IMG/VR virus record: IMGVR_UViG_3300028025_000648
Location: 1 to 57,549 of that record
Origin: a virus
Taxonomy: Duplodnaviria > Caudoviricetes
Reading direction: 5' to 3' (one strand)
DNA: 57,549 nt
Under the pieces are notes generated by a model that did no database searches, was not told the DNA's origin, and saw only the letters and a program-made list of their open reading frames with translations. The translations under genes and the position numbers were made by a program. Below, piece after piece: positions 19,185 to 30,200 of this stretch (the first letter of the stretch is position 1; each line of letters opens with the position of its first letter).

Positions 19185-22100
19185 TTATACCTCACTCAAA
19201 TAGACTGTCATGTTTGGGCCTTCCACAGCCTTTGAATAATCTATATTATATACTACAAACCTTGTATCAGGTGAAGCAATTACATCGATGCCATCGTTAT
19301 CCTTATAATTAATGTTCACCATATCTCCAACTTGTAGTGTAGGCATTGGGAATATTTGCAAACCAATAGCCTTTCTTGGTCTAAGATTTTTCTGAATTAC
19401 CCATCCAAGAATATCTTCTGCTGTATCCTGATCCTGAATATATTCACTATCTAGAGTAAACTCATTCTTTCCATAGAGTAGTCTACTTGTCTTAATGCTG
19501 TCATATTCATCTGTAAACTTGTATGGTGATGAGATTACTACATCCCCCTTCAATTCTGGGTCGGATAGGCTTCCACGCTTCTTGTAAAAATCATCTACAG
19601 TAATCTTATTTGTAGTATCTTGTGTAAATGTAATACCAAAGATTCTTAGATAGTTGCCTGTAGTTTCATCAAGGTTTAGCAGAGTATCTGTATTATTAAA
19701 GATTAAAAATTCTGCTCCATAGGAACTTGCTGAGAATCCAGAAACAGTATAACCACGAAGCCTGTTGAATGTAGGAGCAATTTGTGCATAAAGGGCTGGG
19801 TAGGCACGGTCATACTTAACATTAAAGTATGCACACTCACGCATAATAGTTCCAAACTCTTCAAAGTACATATTGTATGCTTTTGTAGATGTTGGGCTGA
19901 TTCCAGTAAGGTAGGTCTTTTGAATGACCCCACTCATTGCATATTTATTTAATGCCTCGCTTGCATTAATTTGCATATTATCATCACCAAATACTGAAGC
20001 AATCGGCGTGTTTAGATCAAAGACTGCATTGTCTGCGTAGTTCTTTCCTAAAGCATACACGTTTTCAAACATAACCTTTGATGTTCCTCTTGCAAAAAGA
20101 CCGATTGAACTATCTACAAGTGGAATAGGATCTTCATCGGTTATTACCTTAATTAGTTTTTGATTTAAGTATAGGTAAAATACTCTAGTTGTAGAGTTAA
20201 CATCTACGTACTCCATAGATAGATCATAGACTGTTGGGTTTTCCTCTCCAACAAATCTATACTGACCTGTAAAGTTTCCATCATCTACAAGAATATTTCC
20301 ACTACCACCCCAAAGTTTTGTTGGGATTGCTGCACTTGAACCAACTGCTTTTTGAACTTTATAAAAAAGAATATTGTCAACAGAAATCTCTGATGATCCA
20401 GTGTCTGGATTGATAGTCAAGAATCTTTCTACAGAACTTGATGTCAGAGCACTCAACTCAAAATAGTATCCATTATTTGTAGTTGGATTAACTAAAGCAA
20501 TACCACCAGAGCCACCTCCGATAGAAACTGTCTGAGTAGGATCAAGTCCAGGGATATTGTAGTATGTCATTCCGCCTACAGGACTTTGTGATCTATCCCC
20601 TGCTGATTCAATCTTACCAATAATTCTTAGTCTAGTTCCAAAATGCTTATATGCTCCATCTAATTTTTTCCATACATAAGAAACAAAGTTTCTTGGGTTT
20701 TCTTGAATAGCAAACTCTGGACCATTAATAACAAGTGCAGATGACTGGATTGTTCCAGCCTGAGATGTTTGAATTGCAGATATTCCAGTTTCGGTAGCAA
20801 AAGATGTAGACAAGAAGTTTCTAATAATACTGTTTCTTTGAGACTTATCAGCACGCTGCTTGTTAAGTCCTGCAGCACCAGACTCTACTTCCAACTCTGC
20901 TTCATTTGTTGTTGTATAGAGATATTGTGACTGCATATCGCATCCCTGAACATAGTTGTTATTAGTCCAGTATGAATCAATGCCAGCAGAATGTGCAACG
21001 ATTGGGGTGTTAAATTGTCCACGACCATGAGAGACAACTGCACCATTCTTGATTTTTGTTATTCCATCAATTGTTTCATAGTATGGCTCAGAATAGATTC
21101 TAACCAAACCTGTTGGATAAATCTTTCCATTAAATGGTAGTTGTGAAAAGTACTTCTGATACTCAAGATTTGTAGTAATCCAAACATTTCCAGTTCCAGT
21201 TACGTTATATTCAACAGCATCATATTTGATGATTTCTCCATTAGCATAAAAATATCCTTGGAATCTAGTTATGTAAAAAATGTTTTCGCCAAAGTCAAGC
21301 ACGTTGTTAATTATCTGTCTGCTAACAACTGTTGGAATTGATGCAGATAGATTTGAGTTAAGTGGCATTGCTCCAAGAGTATACTTTTGCTGCTTCTCAT
21401 TATTAAGAGTTTTAGTTGCTTCAGTTCCCGCTACTTCCCAAAGAAGAACAGGCTTATAGATCCAAGTCTTTTCTTGGTCAGTCATCTGAGATTGCTTTAG
21501 GCTTCCGTATGATCTTTGAATATATCTAGATGTATAGTTAATTGTTCCAGCGTTATAAACCTTTTGGTCTTCTGAAGAAATATCAATAATATTAGATAAC
21601 TGGGTTGGATAAGTGTTTTCGTTAATACCATCAACAATTTCATTTTGTGAACCATACAATGTCATATCTAAAGTTCTAGTATTAGTATCATCAAGTAGAT
21701 AGTTTTTACTCATGACTACAAAGTTATTATATTCATCAAAGAACATTGCTGTTTGAGTAGCCACGGCCAACTTATTTAAAACTTCGGCAACATTCTGCTC
21801 TGGAGAAATAAAGAAGAATGGAATCACTGGATCTGATTCGTCTGGCAATCTTTTAAATATGTAGTTTGAGAATCCAATTGAGTCAAGAAGAATGCTAACT
21901 GCCTGACCTAAAGATACCTCCGTAAGTAAAATCTCTGGAGCCTTTATGGATTCAAAGTAAAAATAAAAATCTCTTAAGTTAATTGATATCGTTCCTGAAC
22001 CTTGATCTGTTTGTGGAATACCTTCTGAATAAAGATTTTTGATTGGAACATAATAGTTAATTCCATTAACATTTCTAATAACCTCATAAAAAGAAAACTT

Positions 22101-23531
22101 AGTATTTTTTTGAACATACTTTGCAAGAATACTTCCAGAGTCCCCATCCCAAGAGTTATTAACATTAAAAGATGAATCGTCATCAAAGAGTGTCAATGAG
22201 CCAGTGGAGGAAACTAGTTCGCCAACAGGTAGTGGAGTAGATGTCATATTTGATAAAACCTTTGTAACCTTGAAGTTAATTAACTTTCCTGTTAGATCCA
22301 CTACAAGTCTAGGAGAAAACTCAATAAGTTCAAATGGTACATTTGGGATACTCATTGACTCAACAATAATTCTCATTCCCTTTATCCAGACAAATTCTCT
22401 GTACGTCCTAGTGGATGTATTCTGAGTTGTAAAGTAGTCTGGGTTTGTAATGTCAGTAACAAACTGTGTATTTTCGTATACCCCGTCTGTTCCAATCTTC
22501 CACTTATACTCAGCAGGATAAGAAACAAAGGTAGAGCCATTATAAACATAAAGATTTCCTGGCCCACCTGTTTCAGATGGAACTAGGTATGCGTTTCCAA
22601 GTTCTGCAGGTGTAACTTCTAGGTTTGCATAATCTATAGTACCGATAAGAATAAAATTATCTTTATATTGTGCTGGCACTTGAAGTCCATACTCTAGACT
22701 AAGATATCCGTCGCTTCCAAATATAGGAGTGTTATCATCTCTTAAGTCTCCATCAGCAAAGGTATAAGCAGTTATCCATTGGTCTGTTGCATTTAGATAC
22801 TCAACCTTAAATCTTTTTGGGACAACCTTATTTTCTTCCCCAAAAAGAGGATCTGGAGTAGAGCCTGAAGCACCCTTAAATGGGCCAAGATTAATATCTC
22901 CAACATGGGTTTGAACCTTCATAACTAATCTATTAGCAGGAACCTCTTCCTTATACACAACAAAAGGAACTGCATCATCAATAAAGTGAACAGCGTTTGT
23001 ACTGTTTTTAGATATTCCATACTCAATGTTGCTAGTTGCAGTAGTTGTTCCAGAACTTTCAGTCCTGTATGATCTCCAATATTTAAACTCATCATCTCTA
23101 TGTGACATATAATATCTTGGTCTTAAGTACATATCCTTATTAACATTTGACAAATACTTGTTAGAGAAAAAAGACGCTTTATTAATTCCAGATCTAGGTC
23201 TAAAAGGTTTTAGGCAATCTTCTAAGGAATAGTATAAAGTTTCTTTATCTTTTGTATATTGAAATAGTAATGGTGTAGAAGTATTATCCTTAAACCCTGC
23301 CTCAACAACAATGTCAGAATTTAGGGCGTTAGTGTAGTATCCTCCTGAATCAGTTCTATCAAATGAATTTGGGATAGCATTATACTTAGTACTTGACTTA
23401 CGATATCTATAGTTGCCAAGTTTAAACACATTTCCTGGAATATTCATATTCCATTCTGCAATAAGAGCAGAACCAGAATTGACTGTGAAAGAGGACTGTA
23501 AGTGACTCTTTAGATCTTCATTTTCAAACAC
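19185..23531 (-). CDS. Large tail-tip (Tal/central fibre-like) protein
   Basis: 1448 aa, second gene after the tape measure; C-terminal PTLQVGDMVNI hub-like motif. Confidence 0.65.
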   Translation of the reverse strand: MFENEDLKSHLQSSFTVNSGSALIAEWNMNIPGNVFKLGNYRYRKSSTKYNAIPNSFDRTDSGGYYTNALNSDIVVEAGFKDNTSTPLLFQYTKDKETLYYSLEDCLKPFRPRSGINKASFFSNKYLSNVNKDMYLRPRYYMSHRDDEFKYWRSYRTESSGTTTATSNIEYGISKNSTNAVHFIDDAVPFVVYKEEVPANRLVMKVQTHVGDINLGPFKGASGSTPDPLFGEENKVVPKRFKVEYLNATDQWITAYTFADGDLRDDNTPIFGSDGYLSLEYGLQVPAQYKDNFILIGTIDYANLEVTPAELGNAYLVPSETGGPGNLYVYNGSTFVSYPAEYKWKIGTDGVYENTQFVTDITNPDYFTTQNTSTRTYREFVWIKGMRIIVESMSIPNVPFELIEFSPRLVVDLTGKLINFKVTKVLSNMTSTPLPVGELVSSTGSLTLFDDDSSFNVNNSWDGDSGSILAKYVQKNTKFSFYEVIRNVNGINYYVPIKNLYSEGIPQTDQGSGTISINLRDFYFYFESIKAPEILLTEVSLGQAVSILLDSIGFSNYIFKRLPDESDPVIPFFFISPEQNVAEVLNKLAVATQTAMFFDEYNNFVVMSKNYLLDDTNTRTLDMTLYGSQNEIVDGINENTYPTQLSNIIDISSEDQKVYNAGTINYTSRYIQRSYGSLKQSQMTDQEKTWIYKPVLLWEVAGTEATKTLNNEKQQKYTLGAMPLNSNLSASIPTVVSRQIINNVLDFGENIFYITRFQGYFYANGEIIKYDAVEYNVTGTGNVWITTNLEYQKYFSQLPFNGKIYPTGLVRIYSEPYYETIDGITKIKNGAVVSHGRGQFNTPIVAHSAGIDSYWTNNNYVQGCDMQSQYLYTTTNEAELEVESGAAGLNKQRADKSQRNSIIRNFLSTSFATETGISAIQTSQAGTIQSSALVINGPEFAIQENPRNFVSYVWKKLDGAYKHFGTRLRIIGKIESAGDRSQSPVGGMTYYNIPGLDPTQTVSIGGGSGGIALVNPTTNNGYYFELSALTSSSVERFLTINPDTGSSEISVDNILFYKVQKAVGSSAAIPTKLWGGSGNILVDDGNFTGQYRFVGEENPTVYDLSMEYVDVNSTTRVFYLYLNQKLIKVITDEDPIPLVDSSIGLFARGTSKVMFENVYALGKNYADNAVFDLNTPIASVFGDDNMQINASEALNKYAMSGVIQKTYLTGISPTSTKAYNMYFEEFGTIMRECAYFNVKYDRAYPALYAQIAPTFNRLRGYTVSGFSASSYGAEFLIFNNTDTLLNLDETTGNYLRIFGITFTQDTTNKITVDDFYKKRGSLSDPELKGDVVISSPYKFTDEYDSIKTSRLLYGKNEFTLDSEYIQDQDTAEDILGWVIQKNLRPRKAIGLQIFPMPTLQVGDMVNINYKDNDGIDVIASPDTRFVVYNIDYSKAVEGPNMTVYLSEV

Positions 23532-23532
23532 A

Positions 23533-24216
23533 TTAAGCCTCTTCCAAGCCTACAGTAATATTCCATAGGTCATGGTTGCCTGCCCCACGCTTAACAACTG
23601 TATAATCAAAACTAGAAATATACATTTGAACAATCTGATTATATTGGTTTAACTTTGTGTGTGCGTTTTTATCAACTCCAAAGTTAATGTACTTATCGTA
23701 TGCTAAGAAAACCCAAAACGGACCCTTATGATCTTGATACCACTTAAGCATTTCTGCACCGCCTGCACCACCATCTGCAGTGTACTCTGTGTTTGGTAAA
23801 TAGTTTAAACCTTCGCCTGTTCGTTGTGAATATTTTTGAGCAAAGTCAGGATCTGCCAAACCAGTTGTCTGGTCAAAATCTGGATAACTCTGATGACCTC
23901 TAGATGGAACCATCTGCCAAGATGTACTAATATTAAGTTTGTCTGCTATGTGGTATGACCTCATAGTTCCATTAATCATTCTTTGTCTTTTTTCAATTCT
24001 TTGTGGGGTAACAGAAATATCAGACCTATTATGATCTGTAAGGATAATAAAAGAATTTGCAATCTGGTCTGGGGTTAAACCAGTTTTATCTGAATACTCC
24101 TCATAGCCAGAAGGGATATAACGGCCATTAGAGAGGACTCCAGGAGTATCTGACCAAAGCATACCTTGAGGTCTTCCAAACCTCTGTCTGCCCTGCATAT
24201 AGCCTAATGATGCCAT
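23533..24216 (-). CDS. Distal tail protein-like
   Basis: Directly after the tape measure; RMINGTMRSY...WNITVGLEEA. Confidence 0.6.
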   Translation of the reverse strand: MASLGYMQGRQRFGRPQGMLWSDTPGVLSNGRYIPSGYEEYSDKTGLTPDQIANSFIILTDHNRSDISVTPQRIEKRQRMINGTMRSYHIADKLNISTSWQMVPSRGHQSYPDFDQTTGLADPDFAQKYSQRTGEGLNYLPNTEYTADGGAGGAEMLKWYQDHKGPFWVFLAYDKYINFGVDKNAHTKLNQYNQIVQMYISSFDYTVVKRGAGNHDLWNITVGLEEA

Positions 24217-27200
24217 TATACGTTGGTTCTCCTAACTCTTTGTCCTTCAAGTTGCTTAATCTTCTTTATGACCGTATTGGCTACATCGTCTGCATCCATA
24301 TCGCTTCCATTGACACTAAGGCTTAGATTATAATTATACACGTCATTGCCCATTGGCGCACCCTTATTTATATTATTAAGGTTCTGTACCCCGAAGTTTT
24401 GAACAGCAGGTTTACTAATAATAAATTCTCCTGGTGTTAACATTGCTGGGATCTTGTCTGCCCCACGAGCAAATCCACCAACTTTAAAATATTGAGGAAC
24501 CATACCACCTGAATTTAGATATCCATATAGCGCTTTTCGTGCTGCAATAATGTCTGAAGAAGATGTGGTAGGGGCTTTTGTTGTTGTAGGTGCAGGAAGG
24601 GCAATCTTTGTTCCTGAGAAAATTGTATTTCCATCATTATATTTTGGATCAGTTGTAAGTTTAGGGTTTGCAGCAAGTAGGGCACTTACAGTTGTATCAT
24701 TTTTCTTAGCAATGCTAGAAAGTGTATCTCCAGACTTAACAACTACTGGAGCCTTTGTTGGTGCTGCAGTTGCCTTAGTAGCAGTTGCTCCAGGAGCAGA
24801 TGTAGGTGCATCAGTAGGGGCAGATGTAGGCTTTGCAGTTGATCCTGTTGGAGCATCTGTAGGTGCTTGTGTTGGATTAATGTCATTTTGAATTGCTGTA
24901 ACTGATCCTGGAACAGCCTTAGCATATGCATTAATCTTTCCAATGATCGTGTTCCACTCAGCAGTAATTGCTTGTGATGATGCAAGCAATCCACCAAGGG
25001 CTGTATCAAATGACTTAGAGGCCAAATCGCTTGCTGCAATCTTGGCTCTTACGCCTTCCCATGCTGCAGCGTTCTGTCCAAGTACTGTAATTTCTCCAAC
25101 AAGTTTATCAATTCGTGATTGGGCAAGAGTATTCTCATCGCCAAGTTTTGCAAGTCTATCTTGAATTGGCTTGATGGTAGTTGTGTTTAGTTTATAAAGT
25201 TCATCTTCTTTGACACGAATCTTTTCAAGTTCTGCAGTTCTTTCTTGTTCTAGTTTATAAATAGCATCTTGTGTAGCAAGAATATTCTTTTGGAACTGTA
25301 GACGAGCAGGATCATTTTCAAGTTTGTAAATCTTTTGTGAAATTTGATACTGCTCTTCTTCGATCTGAGTTCTGCTTAGACCAGTAACGCCACCACGCTG
25401 TCTTCCTAGTTCTGACTCTCTTGCTGCTGTAAGCATTTCTTGAGTTGAACGTGCTGCACTTTCTGCCTTGGCTGCTCTCATCTCTTGAATCATTGATGCT
25501 GCTTGAGAAATATCTCCTTGGCTTAATGCGTCTGCAAGCCCAATCTGTTGTTTTTGCTGGGCGAGAATATCATCATTAATCTGTGCAACCTTCTCTAAGG
25601 CTGCTGCCTGCTCATCATAACGCTTATTGATTGCTTCTGCAGCCTTGTCCATTACGACTAGATCTTGAGAAAGAATTCCTGATCTATCTTGAAGGTCTTG
25701 AATAGGGCGATTAAATTGTAGTTCAATCTTACGTTGAGTATCATCAATAGTCTTTTGATATGCTTCAATTTTTCTAGTAATATTAATTTCAACATTTCTT
25801 TGCATTACCTCAATAGCATCAGATATTCCTCTTGCCTGAGCCTCATATGGGACTAGTTGATCTTGCAACTGCTTCATTGTTGCTTCGTTGCTTCTTACAA
25901 GGTTAACATCTGCTGTACTTCTTGTATCAATGCCAGTTCTAATTAATTGCTCCTGTACCGCAAACATTTCATCAACAATCTCAAGGCCTGGGGCTGCTGC
26001 TGCAGCAAAGTCTCCTCTGTTGAAGTTAGTTTTAATTTCAATAAGTTTTTGCTTTTCAATTGAGTTAAGGTAATCAGCAATATCTTTTGCATCAAGTTTT
26101 CCATCTTCGAGATCTTTAACCATTGCCTTCATTAAAGCGGGATTGTCAAGTACTGCAGTCATTTGCTCTGCAGTAAACTTAAGATCCTTCATCTTCTTTA
26201 CAAGATCAGGCATTTGCTGAACTAATTTAAAGTCTTCTGCTTTATTAATTAAATCATTAGCAAGTGCTTGTTGTTCTAGTGCATCTGTTGCTGCTTTAAT
26301 ATCAGTAACAAATTGGGTCATCTCCTTTGAACCCTTTTGGCCAACAGCACCAGAAGCAATTGCAGCAGCGACTGCTTGATCTTCTACAACCTTAAGAGCA
26401 TCTGTTGCTGATAGACCAGAAGAAAGAAGCATGTTGAATGCTTTACTTTGTTCCTCAACTGTCTTAACCATTTCAACTTGAACTATCTGGAACTCTCCAA
26501 GTTGAGCCTCACGGAAGGTTTGCATAACAGCCTCACCCTCTTTAGTAAGACCAGTTATGTTTGCTTTGGTTCTTGGAAGTTTCTTACCCTTTGAATCTTT
26601 TTGTTTGTAGGTAAACATGTTCTTACCCTTTGGAAGACTAGCAAAAGCGGTAAAGTCTTCTGCAGACATGCTTGCAATTGCATCTCTAAATTCTTTTGGA
26701 ACATTGAACTTCAACATTCTTTGTTGTAGTCCGTCAAAAATACTAAACATTCTGGATGCATCTTTTTGTGCACCCTTACTATTAAATGCAGCCATCATAG
26801 ACTTTAGTGGTTGAGTTGCATCAAATGCTCCATCACGAACATTTTTAATTCTCATCGCTAGTGAGTCAAGGAAGTCTAGAGGGTTTGCACTAGCCCCACC
26901 ATCTTTGCCTCCACCGCCACCCTTTGGTTTTGCAGGTCCTGGAGGAGTTGCAGAATACTGTGGCTTTGTTGCTTCCATTGCAAGTTCATCAATGACTTGC
27001 TGTCTTCCTCCTGCAGTTGAGTAATAATCTGCAACTGTTCCCGCACCACCTGCTGCTGCAACTTTCTTTGCAATTCTTGCGTTAACTGCATCATCACTAA
27101 CGGTTGTATATGCTGAAACATAGGTTTGGATAGCAGTCTTTCTTACTGTCTCTGGAAGAGACATAAAATATTCCCAGTTTGCAGTAATGCCTGCCATAGC

Positions 27201-30200
27201 CTCTGCACTAAGACCTTTATTTTCTAACTGGATAGCCTTGGTTAATGGGTCTGGAACATTTTCAATTGCGTCTAACTGCTTTTGTAGCGCTCTTAACTTC
27301 TTCAAAGCAACTTCAGGATCGTTAGTTAAAAATACATTTATATCAAAGTCTTTTTGATCCATAGTTTGAAGTTGTGTCAAGGTTGCATTGATCTTGTCCA
27401 TATCCTTCGTTGTGCCTTTGGCTATTGCTATGGCTAACTTTTTCTTAAGTTCTGGTTTCTTTACTCCTCCAAGATTGTTAATAAGCATAGCAATCTTGTC
27501 TGCTCCGTGTGTTTTTACACCAATATCAAGAATCTTCGATAAACCTTTTTCATCACCTGTAAATGCTTCTAACATATCTGTCATAATCATTGGGTTGACT
27601 TGTCCAGAAGCCACAATTGTATTTATTGTTACCTCTAACTCTTTGCTCTTTAGGTCTGCAGTCTTTTCTAGCATAGTGCCAGTAAAGGCTTCCATTGCAG
27701 TGCCCTTATATTTTAATCTAACGGATTCCTTTAGCGAATCAAAGAATGCATCCTCTACAGCACTTCTTTGCTTAGCAACATTAAAAAGGTCAATCTGGTC
27801 TTGCAAAGTTTCTGCAATTTTGTCTCTAATCTTTTGAGCGCCTTCTTCTTGCTCACCTTGTGCAGTTTTAATCTGCTCATCTATTTGAGCCTGCTTGGAT
27901 TTTTCTGTAGTAATTAATCTTTGCGCTTGAAGTTCTTGTATTTTCTTTTCTGCCTGCAAATTGTATGCATCGAGTTGTGCTTGTGCAGATGCAACATTGT
28001 TAACTCCACTTGCAGCACCAAAAGATGCCATCTTTTCATTTTCTGTTTGACCAAAAAGTTCTCCAAAACTAAAGTCTGCACCTTCTGCAGTTCCAGCAAA
28101 ACCTCCACCTCCAGTGTCTCCAAAGAATGTATTTCCGTAAGCGGTTTGCATCTGGGCTAATTGATCTGTTGTTGCTGCAGCAATGTTTGCTTGTTCATCA
28201 ATAAGATTAATTCTTACGTTTAGAGGATCTTTAAGCAGATCTTCTCCATACGGACCGATAAGTCTATTTAACTGACCTTCAACCTTTGGTTGTAATGTTG
28301 TATCTCCAAACTTAATTGCCATCTGTCTTGCAACATCAGATGCCTGTACTGCAGTCATTACTCCATCAGATACTGCTAAGGCTAGGTTGCTGGCAAATTG
28401 TTTTGCTGCTTGATCTTTTCCAACTAACTTTATGTTTTCTGAGAAACCTTCAGCCATAGCCTTTCCAGGCTCACCCTCTAAGAAGGTTGTTCCGAACTGT
28501 TGTCCCTTACGATCATAGTTAGTTGTATATAGATCAGATACACCCTCTGACCTTCTACGGTCCATAATCTCACTGGCACCGACTTGTCCAGTCATCTCTC
28601 CAATAGACTTAAGAGTTGCTCCAGTCATCTGTGTCTTATTTGCTAATTCTGTTTGTGCCTTTGCTGCTTTTTCTGCAGATTTATTTAGCATATACAATCC
28701 ACCAGCAGTAGCAGCAATTGCTCCAGCGATCAAACCACCAGGCCCAAGACCTGCAATCATTGGTGCTAGTCCTGCAAGCATTGATGCTGCTCCTAGGGCT
28801 GCTGTTACTTGTGGAGGTGCTCCAGCCATTCCTGCAACCATTGTTGCTGTTCCTAGTGCACCTGACATCTTTCCAGAAACTTTGCCAACTTTTTCTTTTC
28901 TCATTCCACGCTTATATTTAGTATGAATTTTCTTAGTCATTGGTGCACCAGTTGCAGGGTCCATAATGATTTGACCATTCTCATCTACCGCAAATGTTGA
29001 TGCTTCTCTTAGTGCTGCGTTTTTATCAATAAGTGTATCTACCTGAGATTTTTCTATTGGTGGAACATTCTTTGCTATAGTGTCTACAACAACTCCACCT
29101 TCAGTTTTTTCAACATCATATTGAGATCCTGGAGTAATTGGTCCAGTAGATCTTGCACCACGAGAAGCCTTCTTTGCAGCGTGTTGAGCACTCTGTGTAG
29201 CAGTAGTCCCAAGTTTTGAACCTGCTGCTGCAACATCATCTTCTTTTGACTTCATTCCAACAACAAGGCCATCGCCAACTTCTTCACCAGTTTTGATTGT
29301 CTTCTTTGATGGTGATGCTGTACCAGCACCCTTATTTGCACCATCAACTGCTGCAACGCCTTCTCTGTATCCTGCTTCACGAGCATTTGTTTCAGACATT
29401 CCAACACCAGTAGATCTATTGATTGGACCTACTTGACCACTTGCACCACTTCCCTTTTTACGACCAGAGAACACTGTTTGATCAAGTGATGGATCTGCAG
29501 CGGTAAGAGCAGCACGAGTTTGCTTATTAACATTAACTCTTACCTCTGTTATTGCTGCTGCTGCTGTATCTAGAACTTCTTTAAGTCCTCCAGAAATTTT
29601 AGCCAATCCAGCACGTACGCTAGACTCAATTACTTCAAAGTCAGAATCTTTAATTTTCTTTCCTGGATTATTTTCTGCCCACAATCTTACCTGTTCTTGA
29701 ATTGCCAAGTCATATTGTGTAATCTCTGCTTCTAGCGCTTCAAAGTTTCCTCCACCAATCTTGATAGACTTTCTCCATTTTTCAGCACCCCGTTGAGCAA
29801 ACTCATTTAAAAACTCTGTAGGGTCTGCACCTTTTTGGTCTGGCTTCATTGACGTATTTATTCTTTGTGATAAATCATATCCAAGACCACTCTTTGGTCC
29901 AACCATAGGCATTGCAATTCCAGCCTTTTCTGCTGCTGCAACTAGTTGTGTTAATTCGGCAATGGTTTGTTCATTTTTAATTTGACCTGACTTAAGCAGT
30001 TCAAGTGCATTTACATTTTCTGATTCTGTTGCGTGTGCAAAAGTTGTTGCATAATTTTGATCTTTTTGAGGTGCATATGAACCAACAAAACTTCTTCCTG
30101 CTTCTGGATCGTATTCTCCAATTGTGCTAGTTAACTTTTCTTTTGTTAACTTAACTCCTGCTTGTCTAGCCTCTTCTGCCAAACCATCTACGAGTTCTCT